64,000 nt of DNA from Candidatus Omnitrophota bacterium (lineage in GTDB: Bacteria > Omnitrophota > Omnitrophia > Omnitrophales > JACROU01), in assembly GCA_029261035.1 (NCBI GenBank), contig JAJDCD010000008.1:162313-226312 (forward strand). Reading direction: 5' to 3'. Made by a program: the position numbers and the translations under genes. This document shows positions 9,489 through 18,623 of the stretch, piece after piece. Each line of letters starts with the position of its first letter. Position 1 is the stretch's first letter. The notes beneath the pieces are model-generated. The model did no database searches and was not told where the DNA came from. It saw only the letters and a list, made by a program, of their open reading frames with translations.

Positions 9489-12400
9489 TTAACGAGCTAC
9501 AGTTGCTTGCTCAGAACTCAAATTAGAAATAAGCTGAATCACTTCATTTAGACGCCCTTGAACCACTTGTTTTTCAGAAAGCAACAGTTCGTAACGGTCA
9601 TCAGCACTCTTCCTCAACGACTGTATCGAACGATCCAGTTCTTCCAATTTCTTTCTAAAAACAGACTCTTGTTTTTCAAGAAGCTCTTTTTCTTCTTCAA
9701 TAAATTTATTGATATCTTTATCAATTCCAATCAACTCTTTAGTAACATTGGATTTTTCTTTCTCTGCTTTCTTATCTCTCTTCAAGTCCTTTAGTTCTGA
9801 AAAAGAAATATTGTTAGCCTGCAAAGAATTTTGAATTTCTAATTGAAGCCTCTGCTTCAACTTCAATATGTTTTTATTTTTATTAATAATCAACGATTTT
9901 ACACCTTTAACCTCTTGACTCAATCGTTCGTATTCTACTTTCTTTTCATCTGAAAAAGCAGATTCTTGAATGACTGCTGGGGCTTGTTTTGATGAAATGG
10001 TCTCTGTCACAGCAACAGCTAAATCACTTTGACTTTGAGAAGAATATACTTCTGAGCCAGAAGATTTGCCCTCTAAGGCAAATGCTGCCAATCGAGAATT
10101 AATACCTGCCCATTCCTGCTCCAAGAAAGAAAGCTTTTGCGTTTCTTTATCCAGCTGATTAATCAAAGCTGTTTTCTTATCTTTGCGAGGGATGATTTTT
10201 GAAGCAAAATCAATTGTTTCTCCCAAAACATTCGAAGGTCTCTCAACCAGAACAGATCTAAACCTAAAGTTATTCATAGACTTTCCTTTTTTCTTCAATA
10301 GGTCTAAATTTTTATCGAGCTTTTCAATCTCTCGCCCTCTTGCCTCAATCATAATATTATCTAGCTCAATGGAGTCTTTAAGCTCTGAAATAAGAAAAGC
10401 TTCGTTTCCAGAAGCCTTAGAAACCTTAGCCGCTTCCTTGTTCATAATACTTTCTTCACTTCCCATTCCAAGAAAGAAGTACTTCACCCATTTTCCAGTT
10501 CCTTTAGCCGCCCCACCCACAGGTCCTAACATGCCTTGGTTCTGTCTCTCTTTGAGTAATTCGGCTAGCTCACTCAATTTATCCGTCTTCTGAGTTTGAC
10601 GGTCCTCAATTTCTTCAATGCGTAACCGGATATCTTTTTCTACTTGCTTTATTTTTTTCTTAAGTGCAATGCGCTCCCGACGTTGCTCTAATGTCATATC
10701 TTTCATTTCAGCTGTTAATGAAATAGGCTCCTTATTTTCAAACTCAACACTATCTATAACTTTTTCATTTTCTTCTTCAGCTTCTGCCAATGCAACATCA
10801 GCAACCAACTCTTTTTCGAAAGATGTCTGAATGGTTTGTATCACATCCTTAGCTTTAGCAATACGCTGTTCAGTTTTCTGCCTTTGATTCACTAAAGAAA
10901 GGAATGTTTCCCTTTCTGTCTGAGAGCTATTACCATCAAAAGGATTAATCTTTGTAATGGTCCCCCCTACAATTTCTGCAGGGTACTTAGCTAAGCTAAT
11001 AGGTGCTTTAGCTATCTGACCTACTTTACCCAAAATAGAACTTCCAAATTTAGAAAACGATTCCTGTATCTCTTTATACTGAGATTTCAACTGGGACAAT
11101 GTTTCCTCTTCTAAATCTAACTTCTGTTTCAATGTGCTAATTTGAGGATTTTGAGATAATACATCCTTAACCACAGGCTCGTCTTGTTCCAAAACTTCCA
11201 AACCCCAAGGGCCAACAGAAGCTAAACGAACTTTAAGGTTTTGCTTCTCTGAATACAACTCTTCTTTTTCAGATTTTAATTTTTGAAGTTTTTCATTCAA
11301 CTTCTCAAGATCTTTTTCTTTATACCTCATAATAGCTTGTAGCTCTAACTCTTTCCCACCCATAAAAGGCATTTTTTCCAATAAACGGAACCTGTCTGTA
11401 CGAACACCAAACTGCTCTTCCAATCGGATTAGGTCAGATTCTCTACGCGACAAAGAATACTTTTCAGCATCCAAACTATCCTGCCAACGATCTAAAGCTT
11501 TTTGCAAACTATCTGATGGATTTTTTTTCAACAATTTCTTTTTCTTATTTAATGACTTTTGACGCTCACCTATTTCTTTTTTGTCTCTTTCAAGGGCATT
11601 TCTTCTTAGCTTTAAACTTTGTTTTTTATTCTTATCAAAGCTTGACTCTTCTTTGTCTAAAGTTTTTTGAAGTGATTTAATTTTATCCTTTTCGCCTTTT
11701 AACTGACTAGAGTCAAAGCCATCCCTAATCTCTATCGCCTCTTTACGAGCTTGCAAATCTCGCCTTTTAGCTTCCAGCTGTTGAGAACGTTGTTCTAAAA
11801 ATTCCCCGGGTTTTCTCAACTGATTAATTTTACTCTTAGCCTGTCTACCCCATTCCGTATCAGGATACAGACGAACAACATCCTCATAATAAATAATTGC
11901 TGATTCTAAATAATTATCCTTTTCATAAAACTCACCTATTTTAAAATTCTTTTCAGCCGCTTTTTGCTTAATCACATTCTTTAATTTTATCGCCTTATCA
12001 ACGACAGGACTGTCAGGGTATTGTTTGATAAATTCATCAAAATTTTCAGAAGCTTTTTCTAAGCTTCTAAAATCACGGTCTGGACTCGAATTTCTCAAGA
12101 AAACACTTTCAGCCATTTCAAATCGAGCGTCATCCACCAAAACACTATCAGGATAATTATCAATTAAGGCTTGATACGCTTCTCCCGCTTTCCCAATCTC
12201 TTTGTTTTCTCTATAAGCTTGTGCTAAACGGTATTGAGCCTGGTCACCATAAGCGCTGTATGGAGAGGTTTCAACAATCTTTGAAAACACTTCAATAGCC
12301 TTGGTAATTGAAGGAACAACCCTCATTCCCAAAAACTTTTCTTTTTTACCACCCACATAAAGCATTCCAATATTAAATTGCTTTTCTACCACTTCGTCCA

Positions 12401-12758
12401 CACGTTCAGATTGCGGGTAATCTTCGATTATTTTCTGATAATTCTTAAAAGCCTTAAAGAAATTAGCATTCTCTTCCTGAATTTGCCCTAAGAAAAACAA
12501 AGATTCCGCAGCTAACACAGAAGATGGAAATTGTTTTATCAAATCTTCAAACTCATTCTGGGCTCGTTTATAGTTTTTCTCTTTATAGAACCCAAGGGAA
12601 TATTTAAACTGTTCATCAGCAGAATCCTCAATAGAAGATTGTGGATTGATAAACTTCCCCTGTTCTGGGGACCAAACCCAATAAGCAGCTCCAGTAGAAT
12701 TGATTCCAAAAGCAAATACTAAGATTAAAACAAGAACCTTCAATTTCTTAATTGACAT
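9489..12758 (-). CDS. bamD: BamD/YfiO-like TPR protein with a ~770-aa coiled-coil C-terminal extension
   Basis: Likely start ATG 12758 (GAGG RBS), signal peptide, TPR repeats (FPSS, YPQS, YPDS; IGEFYEK..AIIYYEDV..YPDT) over the first ~320 aa, then K/E/Q-rich heptads. Confidence 0.75.
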   Translation of the reverse strand: MSIKKLKVLVLILVFAFGINSTGAAYWVWSPEQGKFINPQSSIEDSADEQFKYSLGFYKEKNYKRAQNEFEDLIKQFPSSVLAAESLFFLGQIQEENANFFKAFKNYQKIIEDYPQSERVDEVVEKQFNIGMLYVGGKKEKFLGMRVVPSITKAIEVFSKIVETSPYSAYGDQAQYRLAQAYRENKEIGKAGEAYQALIDNYPDSVLVDDARFEMAESVFLRNSSPDRDFRSLEKASENFDEFIKQYPDSPVVDKAIKLKNVIKQKAAEKNFKIGEFYEKDNYLESAIIYYEDVVRLYPDTEWGRQAKSKINQLRKPGEFLEQRSQQLEAKRRDLQARKEAIEIRDGFDSSQLKGEKDKIKSLQKTLDKEESSFDKNKKQSLKLRRNALERDKKEIGERQKSLNKKKKLLKKNPSDSLQKALDRWQDSLDAEKYSLSRRESDLIRLEEQFGVRTDRFRLLEKMPFMGGKELELQAIMRYKEKDLEKLNEKLQKLKSEKEELYSEKQNLKVRLASVGPWGLEVLEQDEPVVKDVLSQNPQISTLKQKLDLEEETLSQLKSQYKEIQESFSKFGSSILGKVGQIAKAPISLAKYPAEIVGGTITKINPFDGNSSQTERETFLSLVNQRQKTEQRIAKAKDVIQTIQTSFEKELVADVALAEAEEENEKVIDSVEFENKEPISLTAEMKDMTLEQRRERIALKKKIKQVEKDIRLRIEEIEDRQTQKTDKLSELAELLKERQNQGMLGPVGGAAKGTGKWVKYFFLGMGSEESIMNKEAAKVSKASGNEAFLISELKDSIELDNIMIEARGREIEKLDKNLDLLKKKGKSMNNFRFRSVLVERPSNVLGETIDFASKIIPRKDKKTALINQLDKETQKLSFLEQEWAGINSRLAAFALEGKSSGSEVYSSQSQSDLAVAVTETISSKQAPAVIQESAFSDEKKVEYERLSQEVKGVKSLIINKNKNILKLKQRLQLEIQNSLQANNISFSELKDLKRDKKAEKEKSNVTKELIGIDKDINKFIEEEKELLEKQESVFRKKLEELDRSIQSLRKSADDRYELLLSEKQVVQGRLNEVIQLISNLSSEQATVAR

Positions 12759-12862
12759 AGAAGAACACCTCTTTAAAATAAATTTGTCTTGCAAGTAAGC
12801 CTATATTATAACACTTTTTAGGTCCTTCCTCATATAGTTTATTATGGCTTTACAACAGGATA

Positions 12863-12895
12863 AAAAGGGTTAAAAGTAAAATTCTTAACCCTTTT
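12863..12895 (-). terminator. Probable intrinsic terminator downstream of comEC
   Basis: AAAAGGGTTAA-11 nt-TTAACCCTTTT inverted repeat. Confidence 0.6.
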
Positions 12896-12931
12896 ATTTT
12901 AAATAACTTAGAGCTCCCCCACCCCTATAGC

Positions 12932-15250
12932 TCATCTTCTCATTGGATTTATAGCATACCCATCCCTCATTTTAGTCAGTTTGAGTCCGCCATCCCTATT
13001 GAACTCAAAAACACCGACTCCTTGCCTTTCAAATAACTCCCGTACTTCCGACGATATTTTCAAAATTAAAATTTGCTTGGGTTTTAAATCAAGAATTGAA
13101 GAAATAACGGGATCTTCAACATGACTAATGGAATCATGAAGATAGAGCACATCAAAAAAAGAATTTAAAGAACGGATGAATGAATTATCCTTATAATCTA
13201 AGACGCAGATTCGAACGCCTTCAAAATCAAGAATAACACCCATCTCTTTCTTTAAGGGAAGAACCATATTCTTTTCATTTCCTGGAGTTAAAATATTTTT
13301 CAAGCTTCCCTTATCTTTCTTTATTGCTTTAATACTTCTCATAAACATTTCATCTTTTGGATAGGGCCATGGAAAATGAAGAGTTCGAACAAAACCATAG
13401 TTCGTCAGTTTTTCAAGAGATCCCCAATAATTTTTGTTTTTAGATGTGACCCAAACATCCTCCAACGATCGAATCCCCCAATATTTTAATATCGAACATA
13501 TAGAATTTTTATTCTTAGGCCCCAGATTGATTAACGAACTCTCAAATGGTTTTTCTTTTAAAATTAAAATGGGGGCTTTTCCATGATATAAAAACACGAC
13601 ACTTTTTTGATATTGGCTCCATGGAACTAGCATACATACTGAAATGATAACTATAGAAAATATCAGCATACTTTTTTTCCACAATTCCCATTGCCGATAA
13701 CTTTGGAAACAAAAACACACAAAGCAACTATAATACATAACTACAAGCATTAGAGAAGGCCTGGATAAATAAAAATAAGAATTACTAGCTACAGACAAAA
13801 CATCCACTACGACCAATGCCCCTTGAAGCAAACTCGCTGGCAACTTTCCTAGAAGAATGCCTAAGGGCAAAGACACAAAACTCAGAGGCAGAATAAAAAA
13901 CAAAAGCATAAGAGAGAAAATTAAAATCGGGACAATAATAAGATTGCTAATCAAGCTCGTAACAGTAACCATATTAAAATACCAAAGAATCAATGGCCAC
14001 AATCCAAAAAAGACTACAATGCTTGCAATCGCCGTAGAGAGAAAAAATCGAATTACGTTCTTAGTGACAGGTTGTTGATTTATGAAATGGGAATGCACAT
14101 CAAAAAGAATAAAATAACGTTCTAACTCAGGTGTAATAAAAATTAAAAAAGCAACCGCCACAAAGGATAATTGAAGAGAAGGTGAAAATAAAGATTGAGG
14201 GTTCATTAAAAGAATTAGAAATAATGCTAGAAAAATATTTGAAACAACTTCGCTTTTTCTTTGAATCAAAACTCCTACCATTACAGCAAAGATCATTATC
14301 CCAGCTCTCACAATTGGGATTTGAGATCCTACAAATGGTACATAGATTAAAATCACACAACAGCAAAAAAAGGCAGCGCTTTTTCTACTGAATCCCATTA
14401 ATAAGAAAAGGAAATAACACCCTCCCACAATAAGGGATATATGAAATCCACTGATCACTAAAACATGTATTGTTCCCGTATTTCTAAAGTCTTCTATAAT
14501 ATCTTTGGGGATATTTTTTTTATTTCCTGTTAACAGAGCTTTAAAAAGAGCACTTTCAGGCATTTGAAATATTTTATCTAGATGCTTCTCGAAGCTTATT
14601 CTAAGTCGCGAAAGATAGGGGGAAATACCTGATGCCTTATAAGAAAGAATGAGTACATTTTTCTTAGCTACGCTCAAAAGAACCGAGTTAATTCCTCTTT
14701 GACTTAAATACTCTTTATAGTCAAACTCCCCCAAATTCATTATTTCTCTTGGACGAGATAATTCCCCAAAAACTCGAACACGATCGTTTATTTGCGGAAC
14801 CCGATTAGGCTGAATAACGGTAACACGAACTTTTCCACGAACTTCCCTTCTTAAAATAGATCCTTCCAGACGACCTAACTTAGGCTGCCACCAACCACTT
14901 GACTCTAAATCAAAAATGATTTTACGTCTCTTACCCTTTACTCTCTCATCAACAAAAGAAACAACATGCCCCTCTAAATAACCTTTTCCACTCTGAAGCT
15001 CTACAGATAAATCACCATTCTGTTTCATTGCATTGGAATAAAGGATTCCAAAAAAAATTAAGAACAAACAACATAACAGAAAAAATAAACGCCACCCCTT
15101 AACTAATATTAAATAAAAAAATATTAATAGTAAAATACAGAAAGTGAGTAAGGGATGAAAAAAATCTGTATAACATTCTAAGAGTATTCCAAAAGAAAAA
15201 CATAAGGTAGCCCAAACGACAGGACGTTGAACTGTCTCAAAACGCCACAT
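12932..15250 (-). CDS. comEC: ComEC/Rec2 competence DNA-uptake channel
   Basis: DUF4131/OB region (N.GEFDY..YL), competence domain (F..TGTIHVLVISGFH, RAGIM, SLQLSF), degenerate MBL-like C-terminus. Confidence 0.92.
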   Translation of the reverse strand: MWRFETVQRPVVWATLCFSFGILLECYTDFFHPLLTFCILLLIFFYLILVKGWRLFFLLCCLFLIFFGILYSNAMKQNGDLSVELQSGKGYLEGHVVSFVDERVKGKRRKIIFDLESSGWWQPKLGRLEGSILRREVRGKVRVTVIQPNRVPQINDRVRVFGELSRPREIMNLGEFDYKEYLSQRGINSVLLSVAKKNVLILSYKASGISPYLSRLRISFEKHLDKIFQMPESALFKALLTGNKKNIPKDIIEDFRNTGTIHVLVISGFHISLIVGGCYFLFLLMGFSRKSAAFFCCCVILIYVPFVGSQIPIVRAGIMIFAVMVGVLIQRKSEVVSNIFLALFLILLMNPQSLFSPSLQLSFVAVAFLIFITPELERYFILFDVHSHFINQQPVTKNVIRFFLSTAIASIVVFFGLWPLILWYFNMVTVTSLISNLIIVPILIFSLMLLFFILPLSFVSLPLGILLGKLPASLLQGALVVVDVLSVASNSYFYLSRPSLMLVVMYYSCFVCFCFQSYRQWELWKKSMLIFSIVIISVCMLVPWSQYQKSVVFLYHGKAPILILKEKPFESSLINLGPKNKNSICSILKYWGIRSLEDVWVTSKNKNYWGSLEKLTNYGFVRTLHFPWPYPKDEMFMRSIKAIKKDKGSLKNILTPGNEKNMVLPLKKEMGVILDFEGVRICVLDYKDNSFIRSLNSFFDVLYLHDSISHVEDPVISSILDLKPKQILILKISSEVRELFERQGVGVFEFNRDGGLKLTKMRDGYAINPMRR

Positions 15251-15353
15251 TACATTTTACGAATTAAAACAAGAAAATAAGAAGCAAAAAGAATAACAAA
15301 AATAGTTAGCCCTATCCATTTGTAATAGTAAAAGTCTCTATCCATTTTTACTA

Positions 15354-15587
15354 TTACCCTTGAAGTCTGCTTAATTCATTTTCAACACGAGCAATTCCTT
15401 TTTTTAACTCGAAATAATATTTAGGATTAATCCTTAGAGCTTTCTTGGAAGGTCTATAATCTCCTTGTTCCTCTGCCTTAAAATAAACTCTCTGATCTAT
15501 AAAGGGTTTTCCTTCATAAACACCACAAACAATTCTAATCTCTTCTTGTTCATTAATCTGAAACGAGTGCAAAATCTTCTCTTCCAT
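15354..15587 (-). CDS. PC4/YdbC-like single-stranded nucleic-acid-binding protein
   Basis: EEIRI...YEGKPFIDQRVYF......PSKKAL matches the PC4 (p15) fold pattern; GGAGG RBS before ATG 15587. Confidence 0.75.
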   Translation of the reverse strand: MEEKILHSFQINEQEEIRIVCGVYEGKPFIDQRVYFKAEEQGDYRPSKKALRINPKYYFELKKGIARVENELSRLQG

Positions 15588-15660
15588 TACCAACCTCCTA
15601 TTTATATTATAAATAATTAATATTATTATTTATTATATATAAATATAAAGAATAAGCAAT

Positions 15661-15972
15661 TTATTTTTTAATTTTTAGGAATTTTACCTTAGAATAAACC
15701 CAAAGAATAACTACAAAAGTAATAAAAGAAAAGCCCATGAAGAAATCTTCTATCGGAATAGTCCCAATACGAAACCCTGATATAGCATCTGATCCATAAA
15801 GAAATACGGGGCGTGAAGTAAGATAACCATTAACTATCAACTCTGCAAACATCATAACAGCAATAAAAATCAAAAACTTTAAATCCTTTAAAACATATGT
15901 CTTAAGAACTAAATCAAGAATAACAACAACAAGCACTGAGAGCAAGCCAAAGAGAGTATAACTAGGAATCAT
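15661..15972 (-). CDS. Lycopene cyclase domain protein (CrtYc/Yd-type subunit)
   Basis: 3 TM helices, NGYLT, G.RIGTIPIEDFF motif; in the crt cluster. Confidence 0.85.
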   Translation of the reverse strand: MIPSYTLFGLLSVLVVVILDLVLKTYVLKDLKFLIFIAVMMFAELIVNGYLTSRPVFLYGSDAISGFRIGTIPIEDFFMGFSFITFVVILWVYSKVKFLKIKK

Positions 15973-16291
15973 TTCGTTTCTCCCCTAGACGCACTCTGAG
16001 TTGAATAACCTCATATGTAAATATAGAAATAAATCCCAGGAAAAGAAAAAATAGATACTCTTCAATAGGTAAACCCAATAGTTTTAAACCCAATATATAA
16101 TCTGGATTAAAACTCCAATGTCCTTGATGAGACGCAAAAATATCCCACAACAAATAAATTGTTGATGGCAATAAAATAGAAAACAACATTGATTTCCAAA
16201 ATCGATACAATTTCAGATCACGATGATTTGCAACAATAAGAGGTATGCTTATACAAAGTATTAAAACAATAAAATATAAATATTTAATCAT
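15962..16291 (-). CDS. Lycopene cyclase domain protein (CrtYc/Yd-type subunit)
   Basis: LWDIFA...GHWSFNP.YILG...GLPIEEYLFF. Confidence 0.88.
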   Translation of the reverse strand: MIKYLYFIVLILCISIPLIVANHRDLKLYRFWKSMLFSILLPSTIYLLWDIFASHQGHWSFNPDYILGLKLLGLPIEEYLFFLFLGFISIFTYEVIQLRVRLGEKRNDS

Positions 16292-17034
16292 GAAACAGCC
16301 TGAGTTTTAATCTTTCTAATACAAACTATTGCCACAGAAATAAAAGCAAAGCTTAAAAAAGTAGGTAAATAAAAACCCTTCAATAAAATACTCACACTAA
16401 ACAAAAACCAAAGAAGAAAATAAACAACTCCAGGAACCCAGTCCAATTGATCCCAAGAGCGCTCCTCAGGAGTTTGAATAAAAAGCAAAAGACAGAAACC
16501 AAAAACAAACCAGCTTACATAGTTTGATTTAGGAATCACATTCCCCTCCCAGATCCAATAATTAAAAACAGATGTCGCAAATGGCTCTAATACAATATCA
16601 AAAGCCAAAACAAATATAGATGCAAAAAGCGCCAATAGAAGCGGAGAGGCTTTGCCCCTAAATAACTTTAAAACCAAACCATAAGAGCTAACTACAACCA
16701 AATACCACGCTAGGCCAATTAATATGGGGACACCATAGACAGAATAGCTCAAGGCATCTGTGTAAGTATATTGCCCAAAAGGGATTCCTGTATGCACTCC
16801 CAATAGCTCTATTCCAATAGCAGAAAGAACAATTAAAAAAAACTGAGAAAAAGCTCTAGACCAAGAAACGTTAAGCGCTGCCCATATAAAAATAAGTATA
16901 GAAAAGAGGATCAGTGAAACAGAAGACGTAAACGCCCATGTCTCTGGAAGCTTATCAAAAGCTACAAAGTAAAGACTGAATGGAAATAAAAAAATAGAGA
17001 GATAAGTTAAATATAAGCAAATTTTCTTAAGCAT
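16288..17034 (-). CDS. cruF: Carotenoid 1,2-hydratase CruF (DUF422 family)
   Basis: ELLGVHTGIPFGQYTY, GVPILIGLAW, FDIVLEP, YWIW, P..NYVSW. Confidence 0.85.
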   Translation of the reverse strand: MLKKICLYLTYLSIFLFPFSLYFVAFDKLPETWAFTSSVSLILFSILIFIWAALNVSWSRAFSQFFLIVLSAIGIELLGVHTGIPFGQYTYTDALSYSVYGVPILIGLAWYLVVVSSYGLVLKLFRGKASPLLLALFASIFVLAFDIVLEPFATSVFNYWIWEGNVIPKSNYVSWFVFGFCLLLFIQTPEERSWDQLDWVPGVVYFLLWFLFSVSILLKGFYLPTFLSFAFISVAIVCIRKIKTQAVS

Positions 17035-17587
17035 TAACCGCTTCCAATTCTTCTTTTGAGTTTAGAATAAATTCATTTAACATTTTATCCAACATCTCTT
17101 TAACGCGTTCACTCAAGAACTCTTCGCCCAATAAGGGGGCCATCCAATGAAATTTCAACCCATTAGAACGTGTGAATTTTAAATTCATAGAAATATTTAT
17201 TTGACTTTCATTATTCGGTTTAGGTTCTACTTTAATTTCACATCGCATAAAATCCTCTGATTCTTTAGGAGATGTGAATATCATATGATTCGAATTTAAA
17301 ACTTCTCTTTTAGAAATAAAGGTCCCTGTCATATCTCTAGCCATTGGCACAGGAATTTTTAAATCCCAAAGAAAATCCTCTCCCTTCAATTGTTCGATAC
17401 TCTCAATCCCTGGCAAGTTTCTAGAAATAAATTCAGGACTATTAAATGCCTGTAATTGATCCACGGAACGCGGCACTTCATATGTGACAGAAGTATTCGC
17501 ATTAACCACAAAATCTTTTGCATAGACACTCATAGGAATCAAACAAAAAAAACTAAAAAACAATAGACACCTTATTCCTCTAAACAT
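17027..17587 (-). CDS. Exported SRPBCC/START-like (CoxG/DUF1997-like) protein
   Basis: Signal peptide ending SVYA; ISRNLPGIESIE...FLWDL beta-rich core and long C-terminal helix typical of helix-grip folds; AAGGAG RBS before ATG 17587. Confidence 0.55.
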   Translation of the reverse strand: MFRGIRCLLFFSFFCLIPMSVYAKDFVVNANTSVTYEVPRSVDQLQAFNSPEFISRNLPGIESIEQLKGEDFLWDLKIPVPMARDMTGTFISKREVLNSNHMIFTSPKESEDFMRCEIKVEPKPNNESQINISMNLKFTRSNGLKFHWMAPLLGEEFLSERVKEMLDKMLNEFILNSKEELEAVNA

Positions 17588-17601
17588 AACATTCTCCTTC
17601 A

Positions 17602-18294
17602 TTAGTTAATCTTCAATGACCCAAAACTATCCACAATAGAAAACCGTGCAAACAACTCTTCCTTATACCAATTTTCATCTCGAGTTCTTTTAATAACTCT
17701 TTTATGATCTTTACTATTATAAGCAAACTCCATCAAAGACTCTTCATTGTCCCATACACTAAAAGTAGCCTGTCGAAACCACGGAATCTCCCCAAAACCA
17801 ACAGAATGTCTCAGTCCTTTCATCGTCTCTAAGGAACGACTCACAGGCTCTACTTCGCTCCAAAATTGTGTCATACGACTCAAATGAATCGTAGCACGTG
17901 TCAAAATAGCAATAGGCCCATCTCCTTGACCCATCTCACTCGCTAAAAACAGACCGTCTCCATCCCATTTTCCAGCAGAACGTGTCGGTTCTAAAGCAAT
18001 CCATCCTAATTCTGTAGAACATTCTTCAAAGCGCTTATATATCCACGAGGTCTCTCTAAATCGCTCCCAATCCTCTTTTGACTCCCATGTGGTAAACAAA
18101 ACATACCGACTCCAATTTGGCTTCACACTAAACCCCAAACCACGCCCAGTGCCCCCCACCTTAGAAAACAAGAGCCCCTTAACCCGACTCAACTCCAAAG
18201 GATCCAAACCCGCACGCACAAATGCCAAAGGAACAAACCTCTTAGGATACTTCACAACAACAAACACAGCAAAAGAACTCAATCTCGACATCAA
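17602..18294 (-). CDS. crtA: Spheroidene monooxygenase-like carotenoid oxygenase CrtA
   Basis: GTGRGLGFSVKPNW, AILTRATI, GFGEIPWFRQATFSVW, H...IKRTRDENWYKEELFARF. Confidence 0.9.
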   Translation of the reverse strand: MMSRLSSFAVFVVVKYPKRFVPLAFVRAGLDPLELSRVKGLLFSKVGGTGRGLGFSVKPNWSRYVLFTTWESKEDWERFRETSWIYKRFEECSTELGWIALEPTRSAGKWDGDGLFLASEMGQGDGPIAILTRATIHLSRMTQFWSEVEPVSRSLETMKGLRHSVGFGEIPWFRQATFSVWDNEESLMEFAYNSKDHKRVIKRTRDENWYKEELFARFSIVDSFGSLKIN

Positions 18295-18420
18295 ACCGCC
18301 TCATTCGATATTATTAGACCCACCTATAAGACAATGGAAAAAGTAAATCCTAAAACAACTACTCCATCCCATCAAAGGCGTAATCCCAATATTTCTAATA
18401 AATAGCAAAAACAAACAAGC

Positions 18421-18445
18421 ATTTCGTTATTCAAAATAACGAAAT
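18421..18445. promoter_or_regulatory. Perfect 11-bp inverted repeat (operator-like) upstream of crtA
   Basis: ATTTCGTTATT-caa-AATAACGAAAT. Confidence 0.45.
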
Positions 18446-18458
18446 AACATTAAACCAA

Positions 18459-18492
18459 GGAAAGAAGAGCCCTCGATGGCGCTCTTCTTTCC
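18459..18492. terminator. 12-bp stem hairpin (terminator or mRNA-stabilising stem) inside the crt cluster
   Basis: GGAAAGAAGAGC-cctcgatggc-GCTCTTCTTTCC. Confidence 0.5.
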
Positions 18493-18523
18493 AACGCTCC
18501 ACACTCCCATTTTACATTAAAGT

Positions 18524-18623
18524 CATAAAAAAGATCTTCCCGCCGCGAGTTCACAAAAGCGACAGGCACCTTAGGTGACGGTCACTTTTGTGCTGTCTGA
18601 GCGCCGGGAAGATCTTTTTTATG
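18524..18623. repeat. 100-nt nested inverted-repeat element (MITE/REP-like hairpin) overlapping the 3' end of the glycosyltransferase gene
   Basis: Perfect 19-bp terminal IR CATAAAAAAGATCTTCCCG / CGGGAAGATCTTTTTTATG; inner arms CACAAAAGCGAC / GTCACTTTTGTG; core CACCT-T-AGGTG. Confidence 0.75.

Noticed and set aside
9558-12722. Several 63-136-aa plus-strand ORFs within the BamD-like gene
   Set aside because: Antisense to K/E-rich coding sequence; F/S/L-rich shadow composition
18421-18623. Palindrome cluster as a CRISPR array or integron attC site
   Set aside because: Palindromes are mutually dissimilar, there is no repeat-spacer periodicity, and no RYYYAAC/GTTRRRY ends
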